Positions 36,456 through 47,574 of a DNA stretch of 64,000 bases are shown here, piece by piece. Origin of the DNA: Neodothiora populina (Eukaryota); the NCBI RefSeq assembly GCF_041146345.1, contig NW_027191413.1, forward strand, positions 186,001 to 250,000, in the 5' to 3' direction. The translations under genes were made by a program, and so were the position numbers. Under the pieces are notes generated by a model that made no database searches, was not told the origin of the DNA, and saw only the letters and a list, made by a program, of their open reading frames with translations. How positions within the stretch are numbered: the first letter of the stretch is position 1; every line of letters starts with the position of its first letter.

Positions 36456-37436
36456 TTATACTCTCTTCTTGCTCCTCGTCTTAGCCTGCTTCTTGCCATT
36501 CGACCCAGCAGAAGCAGCAGCAGTAGTACTACTACCACGCTTACCGTTCGCAGGGGTTAGCCTCGCGCAGAGCCGTCCGAACATGTCTACGCCCATGAAG
36601 ATTGCTTTTTGTCGTATTAGCTACTATGACTATGCGTCTGCTAAAAGCGCCATGGAAGCAGAGAGGAACAGAAAAGAAAAACCACTCACAAAGCATCAAA
36701 TACGGCACATACAACTTCCCGAGCTCCAGCTTCTCAACATCAGAGACCACAGTCCAAGACATGTAGTCTGCGATGCAAGTGATGGTCGTGATGGCTGTTT
36801 GAGTCGCGTAGACCAGAAGGTGGACTGGGACGAGGGGGTCGTCTTTTTTGGTATCGTTAGTATTTCCGCCAGGAGTGTGTGTGGGGAGGGAGGGGGAAAA
36901 AGGACTTACTGCGTAGTAGTGCGCCTAGAGACCATACGCTCAGGGGCACGTGGTAGAGGAGTTCCATGTACATGTAGGTGTTGAACCATGCTCTGAGTAT
37001 ACACAAATTTCAGTCCGACGCTGTCCTTTCATTGTAACATTATAACAAGAAAAAGGGGGAGAGACAGAGTGAAAGGGAGAGCATACGGCGGCGCAACAAA
37101 GAATTGATCCCGATAAGTCTCGACGTAGTACGTCCTCAGATCAGTCAAGAAGGCGGGTTTGAGTTTCGCCGGGTAGAGAGGCGTCAGGTCGACGACTGGA
37201 ACATGTGCATGTATCAGTTCTTGTGGTTCAAAGATAATCCGATACAGTCATCTTCTCTCCGCAGGGCGATGGTAGGCCGGTGGACATATATCCCCGATGT
37301 AAAAACAAGAAAAGGAAAAGAGAAAACACCCACGAAACATAACAACGAGATGAATCCCGAAAAACACAAAATACAGCAGATCCTTCTTACGCGTCCATAT
37401 CGTCGTCTCCGGATCAGACGTTGTCGTTCGCGCCAT
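36456..37436 (-). CDS. EXPERA-domain ER membrane protein (Ema19/TMEM97-like); five exons, not represented as a single ORF in the track
   Basis: The spliced product is ...KKDLLYFVFFGIHLVVMF|LVDLTPLYP...YYVETYRDQFFVAPP|AWFNTYMYMELLYHVPLSVWSLGALLR|NDPLVPVHLLVYATQTAITTITCI...LYVPYLML|SIFMGVDMFGRL...SKKRV*. All phases are consistent, and it ends in a KKxx ER-retrieval signal. Confidence 0.88.
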
Positions 37437-37988
37437 TTGTTGCTTGCTTTCACTCTTCTTCGTTTCCTCTCTCTTTCTTGTTCTCCTGACTTCGATGTTA
37501 GATCTACAAAACCCCAAGATCGCGGTTTGCTGGTATTGTAATCAGGTAGTTAATGCAATGACCAAGTAACGGTATTCTGATAAAATATGCACACTGCTGT
37601 AGTAGTAGTAGTAGTAGTAAGCCAGACTGACGGACAGCGGTGAAGCCGCGCGCCGCACGCACGTACGCCTATGAGATGTAAAACGATGAAGCCTGCACTA
37701 TGCCCCCAGCAATTGCTACCTTACCTTACTCACCTTACCTTCTGCTCGACTTCGTGTCAAAGGTCAATGTCAAGATAAGGTATGGTATGGTAATGGCAAG
37801 TAATTGTAAAGATTTTTCTCATTCATACAGATTATTCGAGGTTTTTTCATTTCGTTACTTTGCTCCTCTTTACCCCCTATCCCCTCCTAACCCCCCAATG
37901 TATGCAAATATGTGGATCGAGGGGCGGCAGCAGCAAGAAGAGAAGAGTTGCATGCAAAAGTGTGACAAGACACAATATCTTGTCATCA

Positions 37989-40900
37989 TCATCTCAAGGC
38001 ACTCGCGATCCTGGCCCGGAGGATATCAACCATCTCTCTGTACCTCTCCTCGACGTCTCCGCTTCTGACCAGCTGTGAGAGTACGTCTTCGACACCCACG
38101 GCGGCGTCTTCACTGCCAAAGGGTGCGGCTTCGCCTCTTCTCTCCGAAGCGAGATACCACTGTTGCGCCAAGTAGACGATCTCACCTGCGATCGATTTGC
38201 GGTTTCGGGGAGCATCAAAGGGCGCCTCGGCGGAATAGTACATTTGTTCCAACACTGGCAGTAATGACTCGGCTGGGGTCTCGAGTTCAAGAAACAAATC
38301 CAAGACCCAGTGGTCGGGGCCGACGCCTCTTTGGTACTCGAGTGCGTAGCGCTCCAGCATTGGCAGAAGAATCGATACGGGAAATGTGGCTTCGGCGCGG
38401 TGCAGGCGCGCACCTAGTGTGCGTGCTTTGAGGGCGACAGCTTCATAAGCAAGAGGACCCGATTCGCCGGCTGCTTCGGTCTGTTCGTGGGTTTGTTGGA
38501 TCAGCGCTTGCCACGTCGAGGCGATATCGGCAGGGTTACGGTGGTCGGCGACGTTGTAGATGAGAATGCAGATGTCGTAGTAGCCGGCTTGATCAGCGTA
38601 CTGGTTGAAAAGCTCGTCGAGAGGCAGGATCTCGCCGTCGAGAGAAGCCAAGACCTGAGGTCGGCGTTCGGCGCTGAGCCTCGGCTCTGCCTTCATGCGC
38701 TGCAGGATATCATCCTGGATGTTTGCGACGTCAAGGAGATCGGTAATCTCACGAAGTAATTGTTGTCGTGACTGCTGTGCGTCCAGCAGAGATGTGGTAC
38801 GTATGGACGCGTTGGTCCTGGCTCGGCTCAGGTGTCCAATGCGCGTCTCCAAATCCAAGGCGAAGCCGCCTTTGGCCAGTAACAATTGCACCGAAGCAGC
38901 TTCGAGATAGTTGTGGTGATGTGCGTAGTATCTCCACAGCAAATTTGCGTGTGCAGGGTCTTTGTCCATGCGTCTGCGTAGGTAGCTGACCACGTACGGT
39001 GAGCTGATCTCGAGAAGTCTCTCGTTCCAGCCTTGGCTCATGTACCAGTCGTAAAGATCCGTCTGGAAGACCTCGTCGTCCGAGTTGTCAATGACGTCGT
39101 AGGCCTCGATTCGTCGTTGTGCGGTGACGGTCAGGTGTCCATCCGTCTGATCAGGGCTTTGATTGCCAGACTCGTCCACGGCCATGATGACATTGTGAAT
39201 GAGTTCGTAGCAACGCTTTCTGCTCTCAAAGGCGGGCTTGCGAGGGTCGTCCTCTGGCGAGTTGTCCCGTATCCAAGACAAAGCTCTGTTAGCACGATCG
39301 GACTCGTGGGCAACGTCGAGCGACAAGAGAACAGCGCCGGCGTAGAAAGCCATCGAGATGTACTGCGTGATGGCCCAATCGAGCTGCTCCATGGACAATG
39401 CGGCGGCGACTTTTCGGAACAGGCGCAAACTCTCGTTGAGCAGCATCCTTCCAGACTCGGTGCTGGGACCGGCTTCGGAGGCTCTCTTGACTTGCTCTTG
39501 CGCCTTGAAGATTACAACATCGTCGGCACTACAGAAGCTGCCGCATCTCCTACGCAGCGCCTCTGCGACCTGATCCACGTTGGAACCGTTTGCGATGTTG
39601 CGGTTGACAATGGCCTTGACGAGCTCCTTGGCCAGGTTTCTGCCATCCGAGGTGCAGAAGAGACCTTGGTAGCTGAGCTGTCTCGCACGTTGTCTCGAGT
39701 TGTCGGGTAGCGACAAGAGAACCTCGTCGACACGCTCGTCGAAAAGAACAAGCACAAAGGCAATGCCCTCGATGATGCTCGAGGTGAGCTGGAGAAGTGA
39801 AGTCATCGCTCGGTGCTCGCCCTGGAGTGCAACCTCTTCCTGCTTCGTGGAAACTCGACCCAGTGACTCGGGTCCCGCCAGGCCCTCGATCGAGCTCTTG
39901 TTTTTCTCCAAAAACTCTTGGAGAGAAGTCAACGCGCGCTGGATCCGGTGGAGTTTTGACAGAGGGATCGTAGATAGTACAGCCAAGCCGCCGGTCGGCG
40001 ACAACGCTTCCGTCACAATGGGCGCCTTCCAGATGGATCGCACAACTCGGGCAATGTACCAAGACATGCCTTCATGGCGAGGGGAGGGTCTCACATTCTC
40101 GATGGCAGGCGTGTTGTTGTCGAGCACCGAGTTCTCGTTGAGCATGGGTTTTCCTCCATGCTCGATGAACGTCGCTCGGGCAAAATCGATGACGTCCGGA
40201 TCGGTGATGTTCGCGACTCTGTTGTCGGTGCCGACTTCTGAACCTTGTCCACACGCGACGGCCAGAGCAGTGGCTGCGGTCTCAGTCCTGCCGTACATGC
40301 GGGCGAACCTCCGGATTTCTCCCTCTCTTCCCTCCTTGTCTCCACCACCTCGGATCGCTGCGGCGAAGACATCGACAAGCCTCCTTCTGCGGACGGTCTG
40401 CACTCCAGTACTAGTGAGAATGGCGATCTCCGTGGGGCTGTGATCAAATTGGACGGCGAGTTCGTTTGCAAAGCCTTGCGGCACAGAAGCAGCGCCAAAC
40501 GGAGGGCTGACTTGGCCGACACCTTGTGAGGGATAACCCAGCTCAATCCACTGGCCGAACTCGGGGAATTTTGTGGTCTGCGTCGTCTCGAGCGGCAGTC
40601 TTATCCTGCCAGAATCGGGAGCGGAAAGAAAGACCCTGTCTCTCGCAGGCTCCACTCTGTTTTCGACGATGCATACAGAGAAGCCCGGGGGGTATCGCGC
40701 GCCGCCCTTGGCAGGGAACAAATAACGGGAATTAGGATCGAGCTGTGGAGCGAGAGCGGGGTAGGCGATGACTTGCGAGGACTGCGCCTGCGGAGCGTGG
40801 TCTGGCGACGAGGGATCCTTGGGAGGAAATCGAATGTGATGGACCTGCATACTCGAAGGAGCGGATGAGGCATTGGAGTTGTAGAAGGTAGCAGTCGTCG

Positions 40901-42038
40901 TGCTCAGGAAGATGCGACAACCAGTGTTGGTCAGAGCTTGGAGACTCAGTCGCGAGGATTCGGTCGAAGGGATGGGGCTGATGGAGACAAGGCGAGATTC
41001 CCTGCCGAACAGGTCTGTATTCCGAGGAACCATGTGCGCAATGGAAGCCTGGAGGTTGGCGTAGGTGCGCGTCAGAGCGGGCGTCAGCACATTGCCTTGC
41101 TTTAGATGGTAGACGCGTATGGTGGAGGTGGAAGAGAGAGCGTATAACAAGTCGCGCGTGTCGTCAATCTCGAGCTGGACCGTGTGCTCCAGGGGCGGTT
41201 GAGCAGAAAAGACAGCAGGCAGAAGAGCGACGACGGCAGAAGCTGTTCCTCTGCTGGTGTGGCAGATTTTCGAGGTGCGCGGAGAGAACCAGCGCTCTTC
41301 CTGCTGATATGTCAATTCGTACACGTCTTCACTCCCCCGTCCGGCAAAGAAGATACGGCCAGTCTTGGGCGAGCCCTCGATGAAATGCACGGCGAGACCC
41401 TTGACGGGCACCGACATGCGTGTCGAGTAGAGGGAAATGGTCGTCGTGCCGCTCGGAGTGCTCTGGGCAGAGACGCCGATGAGAATGACCTCTGCCACCG
41501 TGGCGACAACGAGGACATGTGTGATGGACGGCACGAAGACTCCTGCCCGCGGCTTGACCAGCTTGACGGCTGTGATTGCGTTTCCCTGCTCTTCGTATCC
41601 GATCAACTCTGGCGTCGGCTCCGTGTAGTTCCACAGATACAGCGAGTTGTCGACAATGACGGCGGCGTGCTGGATCTCTGCAAACAGACTCAGCGTCGTC
41701 GACACCTGAGCCAGGTTGGCCTGTTCGATGACGGCCTCGGGGATGTTGTAGTGTTTCCCAACAGCGAACGGCTTCCAAGCTGGTGTCTGTGGGAGCTCAT
41801 ATTCCGAGGAAATGCCCTGTCCGACGTATCCATCCAGCTCTGGGTATCGCAGCTCGTTGATCAGCGCCTCGTTTATGCTCCTCGACGCCAGGTCGATGGA
41901 CGATTGGTTCGATTGACTCGCGCCGGGTGCGTGTGAGGGAAGAGGAGCAGGAGGTTGGGGCTGCTGTGTTCGTGCCACTGGCGCTGGGGTTTGTGGAAAG
42001 GCGCCAATCCCCCGACGAGCTGGTGTTGAGGGCACCAT
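37989..42038 (-). CDS. NUP170: Non-repetitive nucleoporin Nup170/Nup157 (Nup155 family), intronless
   Basis: About 1350-aa ORF with a beta-propeller region (IVDNSLYLWNY, VKLVKPRAGVFV, GRIFFAG, VYELTYQQEERWF) and a helical region (LRRRCGSFCSADDVVIFKAQE, NLLWRYY). The start is placed at the first ATG (MVPSTP). Confidence 0.93.
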   Translation of the reverse strand: MVPSTPARRGIGAFPQTPAPVARTQQPQPPAPLPSHAPGASQSNQSSIDLASRSINEALINELRYPELDGYVGQGISSEYELPQTPAWKPFAVGKHYNIPEAVIEQANLAQVSTTLSLFAEIQHAAVIVDNSLYLWNYTEPTPELIGYEEQGNAITAVKLVKPRAGVFVPSITHVLVVATVAEVILIGVSAQSTPSGTTTISLYSTRMSVPVKGLAVHFIEGSPKTGRIFFAGRGSEDVYELTYQQEERWFSPRTSKICHTSRGTASAVVALLPAVFSAQPPLEHTVQLEIDDTRDLLYALSSTSTIRVYHLKQGNVLTPALTRTYANLQASIAHMVPRNTDLFGRESRLVSISPIPSTESSRLSLQALTNTGCRIFLSTTTATFYNSNASSAPSSMQVHHIRFPPKDPSSPDHAPQAQSSQVIAYPALAPQLDPNSRYLFPAKGGARYPPGFSVCIVENRVEPARDRVFLSAPDSGRIRLPLETTQTTKFPEFGQWIELGYPSQGVGQVSPPFGAASVPQGFANELAVQFDHSPTEIAILTSTGVQTVRRRRLVDVFAAAIRGGGDKEGREGEIRRFARMYGRTETAATALAVACGQGSEVGTDNRVANITDPDVIDFARATFIEHGGKPMLNENSVLDNNTPAIENVRPSPRHEGMSWYIARVVRSIWKAPIVTEALSPTGGLAVLSTIPLSKLHRIQRALTSLQEFLEKNKSSIEGLAGPESLGRVSTKQEEVALQGEHRAMTSLLQLTSSIIEGIAFVLVLFDERVDEVLLSLPDNSRQRARQLSYQGLFCTSDGRNLAKELVKAIVNRNIANGSNVDQVAEALRRRCGSFCSADDVVIFKAQEQVKRASEAGPSTESGRMLLNESLRLFRKVAAALSMEQLDWAITQYISMAFYAGAVLLSLDVAHESDRANRALSWIRDNSPEDDPRKPAFESRKRCYELIHNVIMAVDESGNQSPDQTDGHLTVTAQRRIEAYDVIDNSDDEVFQTDLYDWYMSQGWNERLLEISSPYVVSYLRRRMDKDPAHANLLWRYYAHHHNYLEAASVQLLLAKGGFALDLETRIGHLSRARTNASIRTTSLLDAQQSRQQLLREITDLLDVANIQDDILQRMKAEPRLSAERRPQVLASLDGEILPLDELFNQYADQAGYYDICILIYNVADHRNPADIASTWQALIQQTHEQTEAAGESGPLAYEAVALKARTLGARLHRAEATFPVSILLPMLERYALEYQRGVGPDHWVLDLFLELETPAESLLPVLEQMYYSAEAPFDAPRNRKSIAGEIVYLAQQWYLASERRGEAAPFGSEDAAVGVEDVLSQLVRSGDVEERYREMVDILRARIASALR

Positions 42039-42289
42039 TGTCGTGTCGTCGAAGAGAGGGAGGGATGGTGTGCGGAGAGCAAAGAGAGATGGAAGAGATG
42101 GATTGTCTGGAATCGTTACTTGCAACTGCGAAAGTCGCGACAAAGTCCCGCCAAGCAAAGCGCGTCAATGTTCCTTCCCATTGTTGAATATTATTATTGT
42201 CAAGTTTGGGGGAAGCTTCAAATGCATAAATATGGCCCGAGCTTGAACTGCACTCTTACTGTACTAGACTACCTAAACGTTTGTCTTTA

Positions 42290-43812
42290 TTATATTATTC
42301 TTGTGGCATTCTTCATCTTATCCAGAGTACATCTCCCAAGCACGCTTTGTGTCAAGCTTTCCTGCAATGCGTCTTTGTCCAGGTTACGCCCGATAAGCAC
42401 AATCTTGCTCTCCTTCACCTCTTCACCTTCACTTAGCTCAGAGTCGATGAATTCGAAAATCTCTCTCACTCCCTGCAGCATTTTCACACTGCCGGCTCTT
42501 GTGATCAAGCGGCCTTTGGTCCTGTGGATCTCCGGCCGCAGTGATGGTGTCGAGGCTACTTCTTGGGTGGCGTTGTCTGGGTGGTCAATCCACAGCCGCG
42601 CCCACAACAGCGATCGGAGCCACTCGTCGAGCTTTTCCATTTCCGAGTCAGAGAGTGGAGGAAGACTCAGCGTTGTCGTCGATATGGACTGTCATGTGTT
42701 AGCCGGCTAGACGTGTGAGGTTTCACATGTCAACTCACTGGGTCTAAGTGGCTGTGGCCTTTGCTGGCAAACTCTAGCGCATCCACGTCCACTCGGTCAT
42801 ACGCATGTAAGTCTAACAGAACCCCTTCCAGCGCGGGCACCTTGCTGTGCTCGGTGACGTGAATCTTAGCCAGCATGTTGATGGACCTGATCCGTGCTTT
42901 GACTTGTTCGAGCTCCGTCTCGCTGACCAGATCAGCTTTGTTGATTACGATGACGTCCGCATGTGAAATCTGTAGATGCGCCACGCTCAGATGCGGCCCG
43001 GCATGCTCATGTGTCTGTTCAGACTTTTCGGGTGGCGTAGATCCTTGTCCCGTAGTCGCATCTGAATCAGACAAGCTCCGAATGATATTTCTGGCGTCGA
43101 CGAGTGTCACAATGCCGTCGAGGTAGATGGAGCTTCCAAGTCCCTCATCAATCCAGAACAACGGCGCCAGGTTACCAGGATCTGCCAAGCCGGTCGTCTC
43201 GAGAAGGATGTAGTCAAATGCTCCACTACGCTCCATCAGAGACTCGATGGCCACCACGCCCGTATCTCTGTGGTAAAGTCAGACAAGCATATCATGGTTT
43301 CTCGTGAGACTCACTTTACGGTGCAACAGAGACACCCATTGGCCAGCTCGAGCCATTCTTCTACCTGTTCGCCTTCTTTGCTCACCGTCAAGCTTTTTTC
43401 AATGTCTGCTGAATCGCCGAATTCTGCTCATGGTGATGCTGTTAGGAGAATGTCAATCAGTGACGAGTGGACGCCAAGAAGTGGATTAGTACCCACCGTT
43501 CAGGATGACGGCAATCTTCTTGCCGTGTCTTTCATTGAGGATGTAATTCATCAAAGTCGTCTTGCCAGCACCAAGGTAACCTGGATTCACATGTTAGATC
43601 AAAGTACGATGCAGAGTGGTGCCATCTTATGTGGATCTTTCAATGGCTCATATATGTCCAAGATCTGTGGCGAACAATCACGGCTTACCAGTAATTATCG
43701 TAATGGGAACTTTGGTGAGGCTCACGTCTTTGACATCAGCGCTGAGATTCTCGGGAGCATCGGTCTGCTCGCCGGCCTCGACCAGCATGGGAGGCTCGTC
43801 GTCGATGTCCAT
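42290..43812 (-). CDS. ZNG1: COG0523/CobW-family Zn-regulated GTPase metallochaperone (Zng1-like); five exons
   Basis: [16 protein letters not shown]alker A, NEFG, NGCLCC metal motif, [12 protein letters not shown] and a CobW_C domain (IHRTKG...LQGVREIFE...IVLIGRNL). Confidence 0.92.
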
Positions 43813-44049
43813 TATTTCTTGGAGTTCTTTTGATTCACGGAGACAAGGGTAATATCAATCAAGAAAGCGAAGGGTTAAGTCTAGGAATGCATACCTTAGG
43901 GCGGGAAGTAATTGCCGTCAAGGGTCCGGCTGGAGTTTCCCGAAGTCGGGGTGAAACATATATGACTTGGTATTTACATGACCTACAAGTAAACCACCTT
44001 GTTCTATGATCGCGACTACAACATATCAACGTTCATCATATAACCAAGC

Positions 44050-45837
44050 ATGGCCGAACAAGCGCCGTCCAGCTCGCCCAGGCTGCCGAGTCCTCCTCCG
44101 ATAGCAGAAGATCAAATATCACCAGCGGCGCTGTCAGGAGACGATCATGGGAAACTCGAAGGGCAGCTCAGCCTCCTTAACGACCAGGCAGCCATGCGAC
44201 GCATCCGACCAGGCAGCAGAGCAGAAGACATGCATTCGGGGCCGCCTCTTGTCCAACTGTCAGACATCGACTCTGCATTCCAATTGACTGAACATCTCAG
44301 AGCTTTACACAACTCATACACCCATCCTGACGACGCGCCGGATTCGGAAGTTCCCATAGACAGAGAAACGGCAAGAGCGCTGGCCGCTCCTCCCCCGGGT
44401 GTGGACAAAGGCATCTGGCTCTACGAATTGTGTCGATTCCTCACCCAAAAGGCCAACGCCATGGTCATCGGACTCTTCTCAGACGAGCCGGCGTGTTCGG
44501 CGACGACATGTCCCGAGATGCGCGCATCCGAGTGGCAGTATCTGTGTGCCGCCCACGAACCGCCCAAGAGTTGCTGCGCCATCGACTATTGCTGCCACAC
44601 TCTGGACTGGTGCGCCACTTCGCTGACCTCGACAAAGCTGTTCCCCAGTCGTCTGTCGCTCGGCACGGAGTCGGCTTCGGCGCAGATGCAGGTGCGCAAG
44701 ATGACCGAGGTCTTCAGACGAGTCTACCGCATCTTCGCGCATGCCTGGTTCAGCCACAGAGATGCTTTCTGGCGCGTCGAGACAAAGACCGGTCTGTATC
44801 TGTTCTTCAAGCTCGTCTGCGATGAATACTCTTTGATCCAGGAGGACAACTACACCATTCCCCCCGAAGCCGAGGGAATCGACACGACCCCCGTGGCAGC
44901 GCAAGATCTTACCGAGCTGCCCACTCTGATGCGACGAGACACTGTCCGACCAACGCCCGCCGAAGACACCCCTTCAAACACCACAAAAAGACACAAGCAC
45001 ACCATGAGCGCCATCCCCGATCGATCCGTCTCGCTCTCCACAATCATCCACGAGGAAGTAGAAGAAGACGAAGACGAGCCCGTCATGTCGCCCGAGCACG
45101 AGGCTGACAGGACCGGCACGGTGGAGTTGCTGGTCGACGATGAAGGTCTCGACGCGGCACACGCAGATGACGAATCAGAGCATTCAGACATTACGGAGAT
45201 CCACGACGACATGTCGGAGCTCTTGGGCGAACACCCACCTACATACGACGATTCGGAAGACCCTGCCCGGGACACTACAGAAGGGAGCGCGGAGAAGAGC
45301 GAGCTGGAGTCGGGAGACCTTCCGCATGAGCATACACAAGGTGGATCATCAAGCCAAGAAAAAGCCGACGAGAAGGAAGAAGAGCCGACAACCTCACATG
45401 GCGCGGAAAAGGACAACGAGTCACCAGAAGCGACGACTATCGAGCCTTTGGTGTCAGAAGCAGCGAACTCGCCAGAAGAAGAAGACCCTCCAGAGCCTGA
45501 GCCAGAACCTGTAGAGTCGACAACTGCGAAGACCATCGCTGAATCTGAACCCGAAAGCTCATCTACAACGACAGCACTATCAGAAGAAGCAGAACCGGAA
45601 ATAGAGAAAAGCACAACAACAAGTGCATCATCAGACCAGCAGACAGCGGAAGAAGAGAAGACATTATCAAAAGCAAGTCCAGAAGAGCACGATGAAGCGA
45701 AAGGAACAGAAACGGAAGACTCGAGCAAGGCATCCGAACGCGACCACGACACCAAAGAAGAAGAAGAAACCGCCAAAGTAGCAGACGAAGAAGCAGAAGC
45801 TCCGAAGAAAGACCCCACTTCTACCGTCGCGACATAG
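44050..45837 (+). CDS. MOB3: Mob3/phocein (MOB4-type, STRIPAK subunit) with long acidic C-terminal tail
   Basis: IWLYELCRFL, CSATTCPEMRASEWQYLCAAHEPPKSCCAIDYCCHTLDW, FPSR and FRRVYRIFAHAWFSHR make up the phocein-type Mob domain. Confidence 0.93.
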   Translation: MAEQAPSSSPRLPSPPPIAEDQISPAALSGDDHGKLEGQLSLLNDQAAMRRIRPGSRAEDMHSGPPLVQLSDIDSAFQLTEHLRALHNSYTHPDDAPDSEVPIDRETARALAAPPPGVDKGIWLYELCRFLTQKANAMVIGLFSDEPACSATTCPEMRASEWQYLCAAHEPPKSCCAIDYCCHTLDWCATSLTSTKLFPSRLSLGTESASAQMQVRKMTEVFRRVYRIFAHAWFSHRDAFWRVETKTGLYLFFKLVCDEYSLIQEDNYTIPPEAEGIDTTPVAAQDLTELPTLMRRDTVRPTPAEDTPSNTTKRHKHTMSAIPDRSVSLSTIIHEEVEEDEDEPVMSPEHEADRTGTVELLVDDEGLDAAHADDESEHSDITEIHDDMSELLGEHPPTYDDSEDPARDTTEGSAEKSELESGDLPHEHTQGGSSSQEKADEKEEEPTTSHGAEKDNESPEATTIEPLVSEAANSPEEEDPPEPEPEPVESTTAKTIAESEPESSSTTTALSEEAEPEIEKSTTTSASSDQQTAEEEKTLSKASPEEHDEAKGTETEDSSKASERDHDTKEEEETAKVADEEAEAPKKDPTSTVAT

Positions 45838-46942
45838 CGAGCGTATCCATCATAACAATTCCGTCTCTGCTCTCCTCTTCTCTTCTTATCATATCGAGGC
45901 ATTGCGAACAACATAGTATCGCATACATCTCTCTTTTCTTCCCCCACCCGCTTTCTCAAGACCTCCCTCTACTTCAAGAACCTCCTCTTCAAGAAGCTCC
46001 TCATCCTTCCTGCCCTCGTTTTCCCCACTAGAATCGTAATTCAGATAGTTGTACGAGTATAAAATAGATACCCTCCTTCCACCTTTTACTCTTCATCAAA
46101 TCCCGGACTCTTGCAGTACCCTGGCTTTCCCCACTATATCGAAACCCTCCACATAGAGCAGAGCACGTGTTGATGCTGTGCACCGTACGATCCCACCTCC
46201 TCGCCTAGAAGAGCACCTTTGACGCATCATTCTGCCATGGAACTGAACTCGATAGTATAACAGCCCAGACTGCAGAAACACGAAAAAAGAAAAAGTTGGC
46301 TTTTGGAAGGTAGTAGCTCTGATTAATCTAGCTTTGTCTATGTGTATGAATAGGTACTCGCGGTCCTTGTCTTCTTTCCTCTCCTCTCTTCCATCTTCCT
46401 TCCTTCCTGATGCATGTGCCGAAATGCGAATGCCGAAATGCGAGGCGGAAACACTGATGCAAGCTGGTATATGCTACATGCAAGCAAGCAAGCTGCGCTC
46501 TGATAAGAAACCAAAAAATGCCGAAGAATAACAAGTGAATATCCCCTATCTCTTCTTCTTCTTCTTCCCCCTCTCTCCACCACTTGTAGAGTATAAAAAC
46601 GTAAAAAAAGTAAAAGAAGTTGCATCATGGATGCGCCATTAACACCGTGCTAAATAATAATTTTGGAAAAAAAGGGGGGGGGAAATGCAAGAAATGTGAA
46701 AGGTTTTAAAAAAAACCAAAACCCCCAAGGATGGTGGGACAATCCCGCCTGTCCTCTGGTCCAACACACACCCCCAAGTCTGTTCGCTCATGAATGCATT
46801 AAAGCAATGTAAAAATCCTCGGATGATCTGATAATATTCATCTTTTGTTTTCCGATTGATTCGGGACGACGTGAGAAATTCGTTGATCACAAAGAAAAAA
46901 AAGATTGGTTCAGTCTTTTCTCTTTCTGATATGCGTGTATGG

Positions 46943-47574
46943 CTAGTTCCAGACTTGGTTGGGGGCGCGCTCGCCGTTGTCGATGATGTACGATGGCTTG
47001 TAGTTGGCATCGCGGAAGGGAGTCGGTTTCCACGGCGTGTGCACGGCGACCTGAGGCGGAGTGACGACGGGTGAAGGCGCGTCGGCTGGCACGACGGCCT
47101 TGTTCTTGCTGATGAGCAGGTCGAGTTCCTTTTGGCTCAGACTCTCGATCTTGCTCATGTCGAGTTCGTCTTTCTTGGCGGCCACCTCGGGCTTGTCGCC
47201 ACCCTTCTTCTTCTTGGGCGTTGATGGCCTGGGGCTGCAGAGTCCGGCTTTTGAGAAACAGTCTGCGCCGCAGAAGGCATCCGTTGCTCCACTGACAAGA
47301 TGTGTTAGTCATGTTGTGTATTGAGCAATTGAAAAAGAAAGACTCACCAGAATCCTGAAATGCTGCAGCAGTTGCCAAATGCAGATCCCTCACATGTGTA
47401 CCCTGTGACACCACCACATGAACCATCAGGACTGACGACAGTATAAGTCATGCTGGACGGTGCCTCGACAGCACCACCAGCTACTGCTGCTGCTTGCTGT
47501 GCATTGGCGGGTAGGGCTGCCACAAAGGCGGAGGAGGCTGCAAGGGCAGCTGCGAGAATGGTTTGGGCGAACAT
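46943..47574 (-). CDS. Small secreted protein with a single hevein/CBM18 chitin-binding module; two exons
   Basis: Signal peptide, then SPDGSCGGVTGYTCEGSAFGNCCSISGFC|GATDAFCGADCFSKAGLC (8 Cys, CCS-x-x-G-F-CG). An intron at about 47293-47348 joins ORF 47344..47574 to the frame of ORF 46943..47185. Confidence 0.88.

Noticed and set aside
44850..45959. 369-aa antisense ORF over the MOB3 tail
   Set aside because: Ser-rich mirror of the acidic low-complexity sense strand, with no domain features.
46660..46725. Poly-A/poly-G runs as a possible retroelement tail
   Set aside because: No adjacent reverse transcriptase fragment, target-site duplication or LTR; it lies between convergent 3' UTRs.
4074..47574. 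Cell-wall gene 'cluster' (chitin synthase, CBM52 protein, But2 protein, hevein protein)
   Set aside because: The genes are spread over more than 40 kb among unrelated housekeeping genes, with no sign of a co-regulated cluster.
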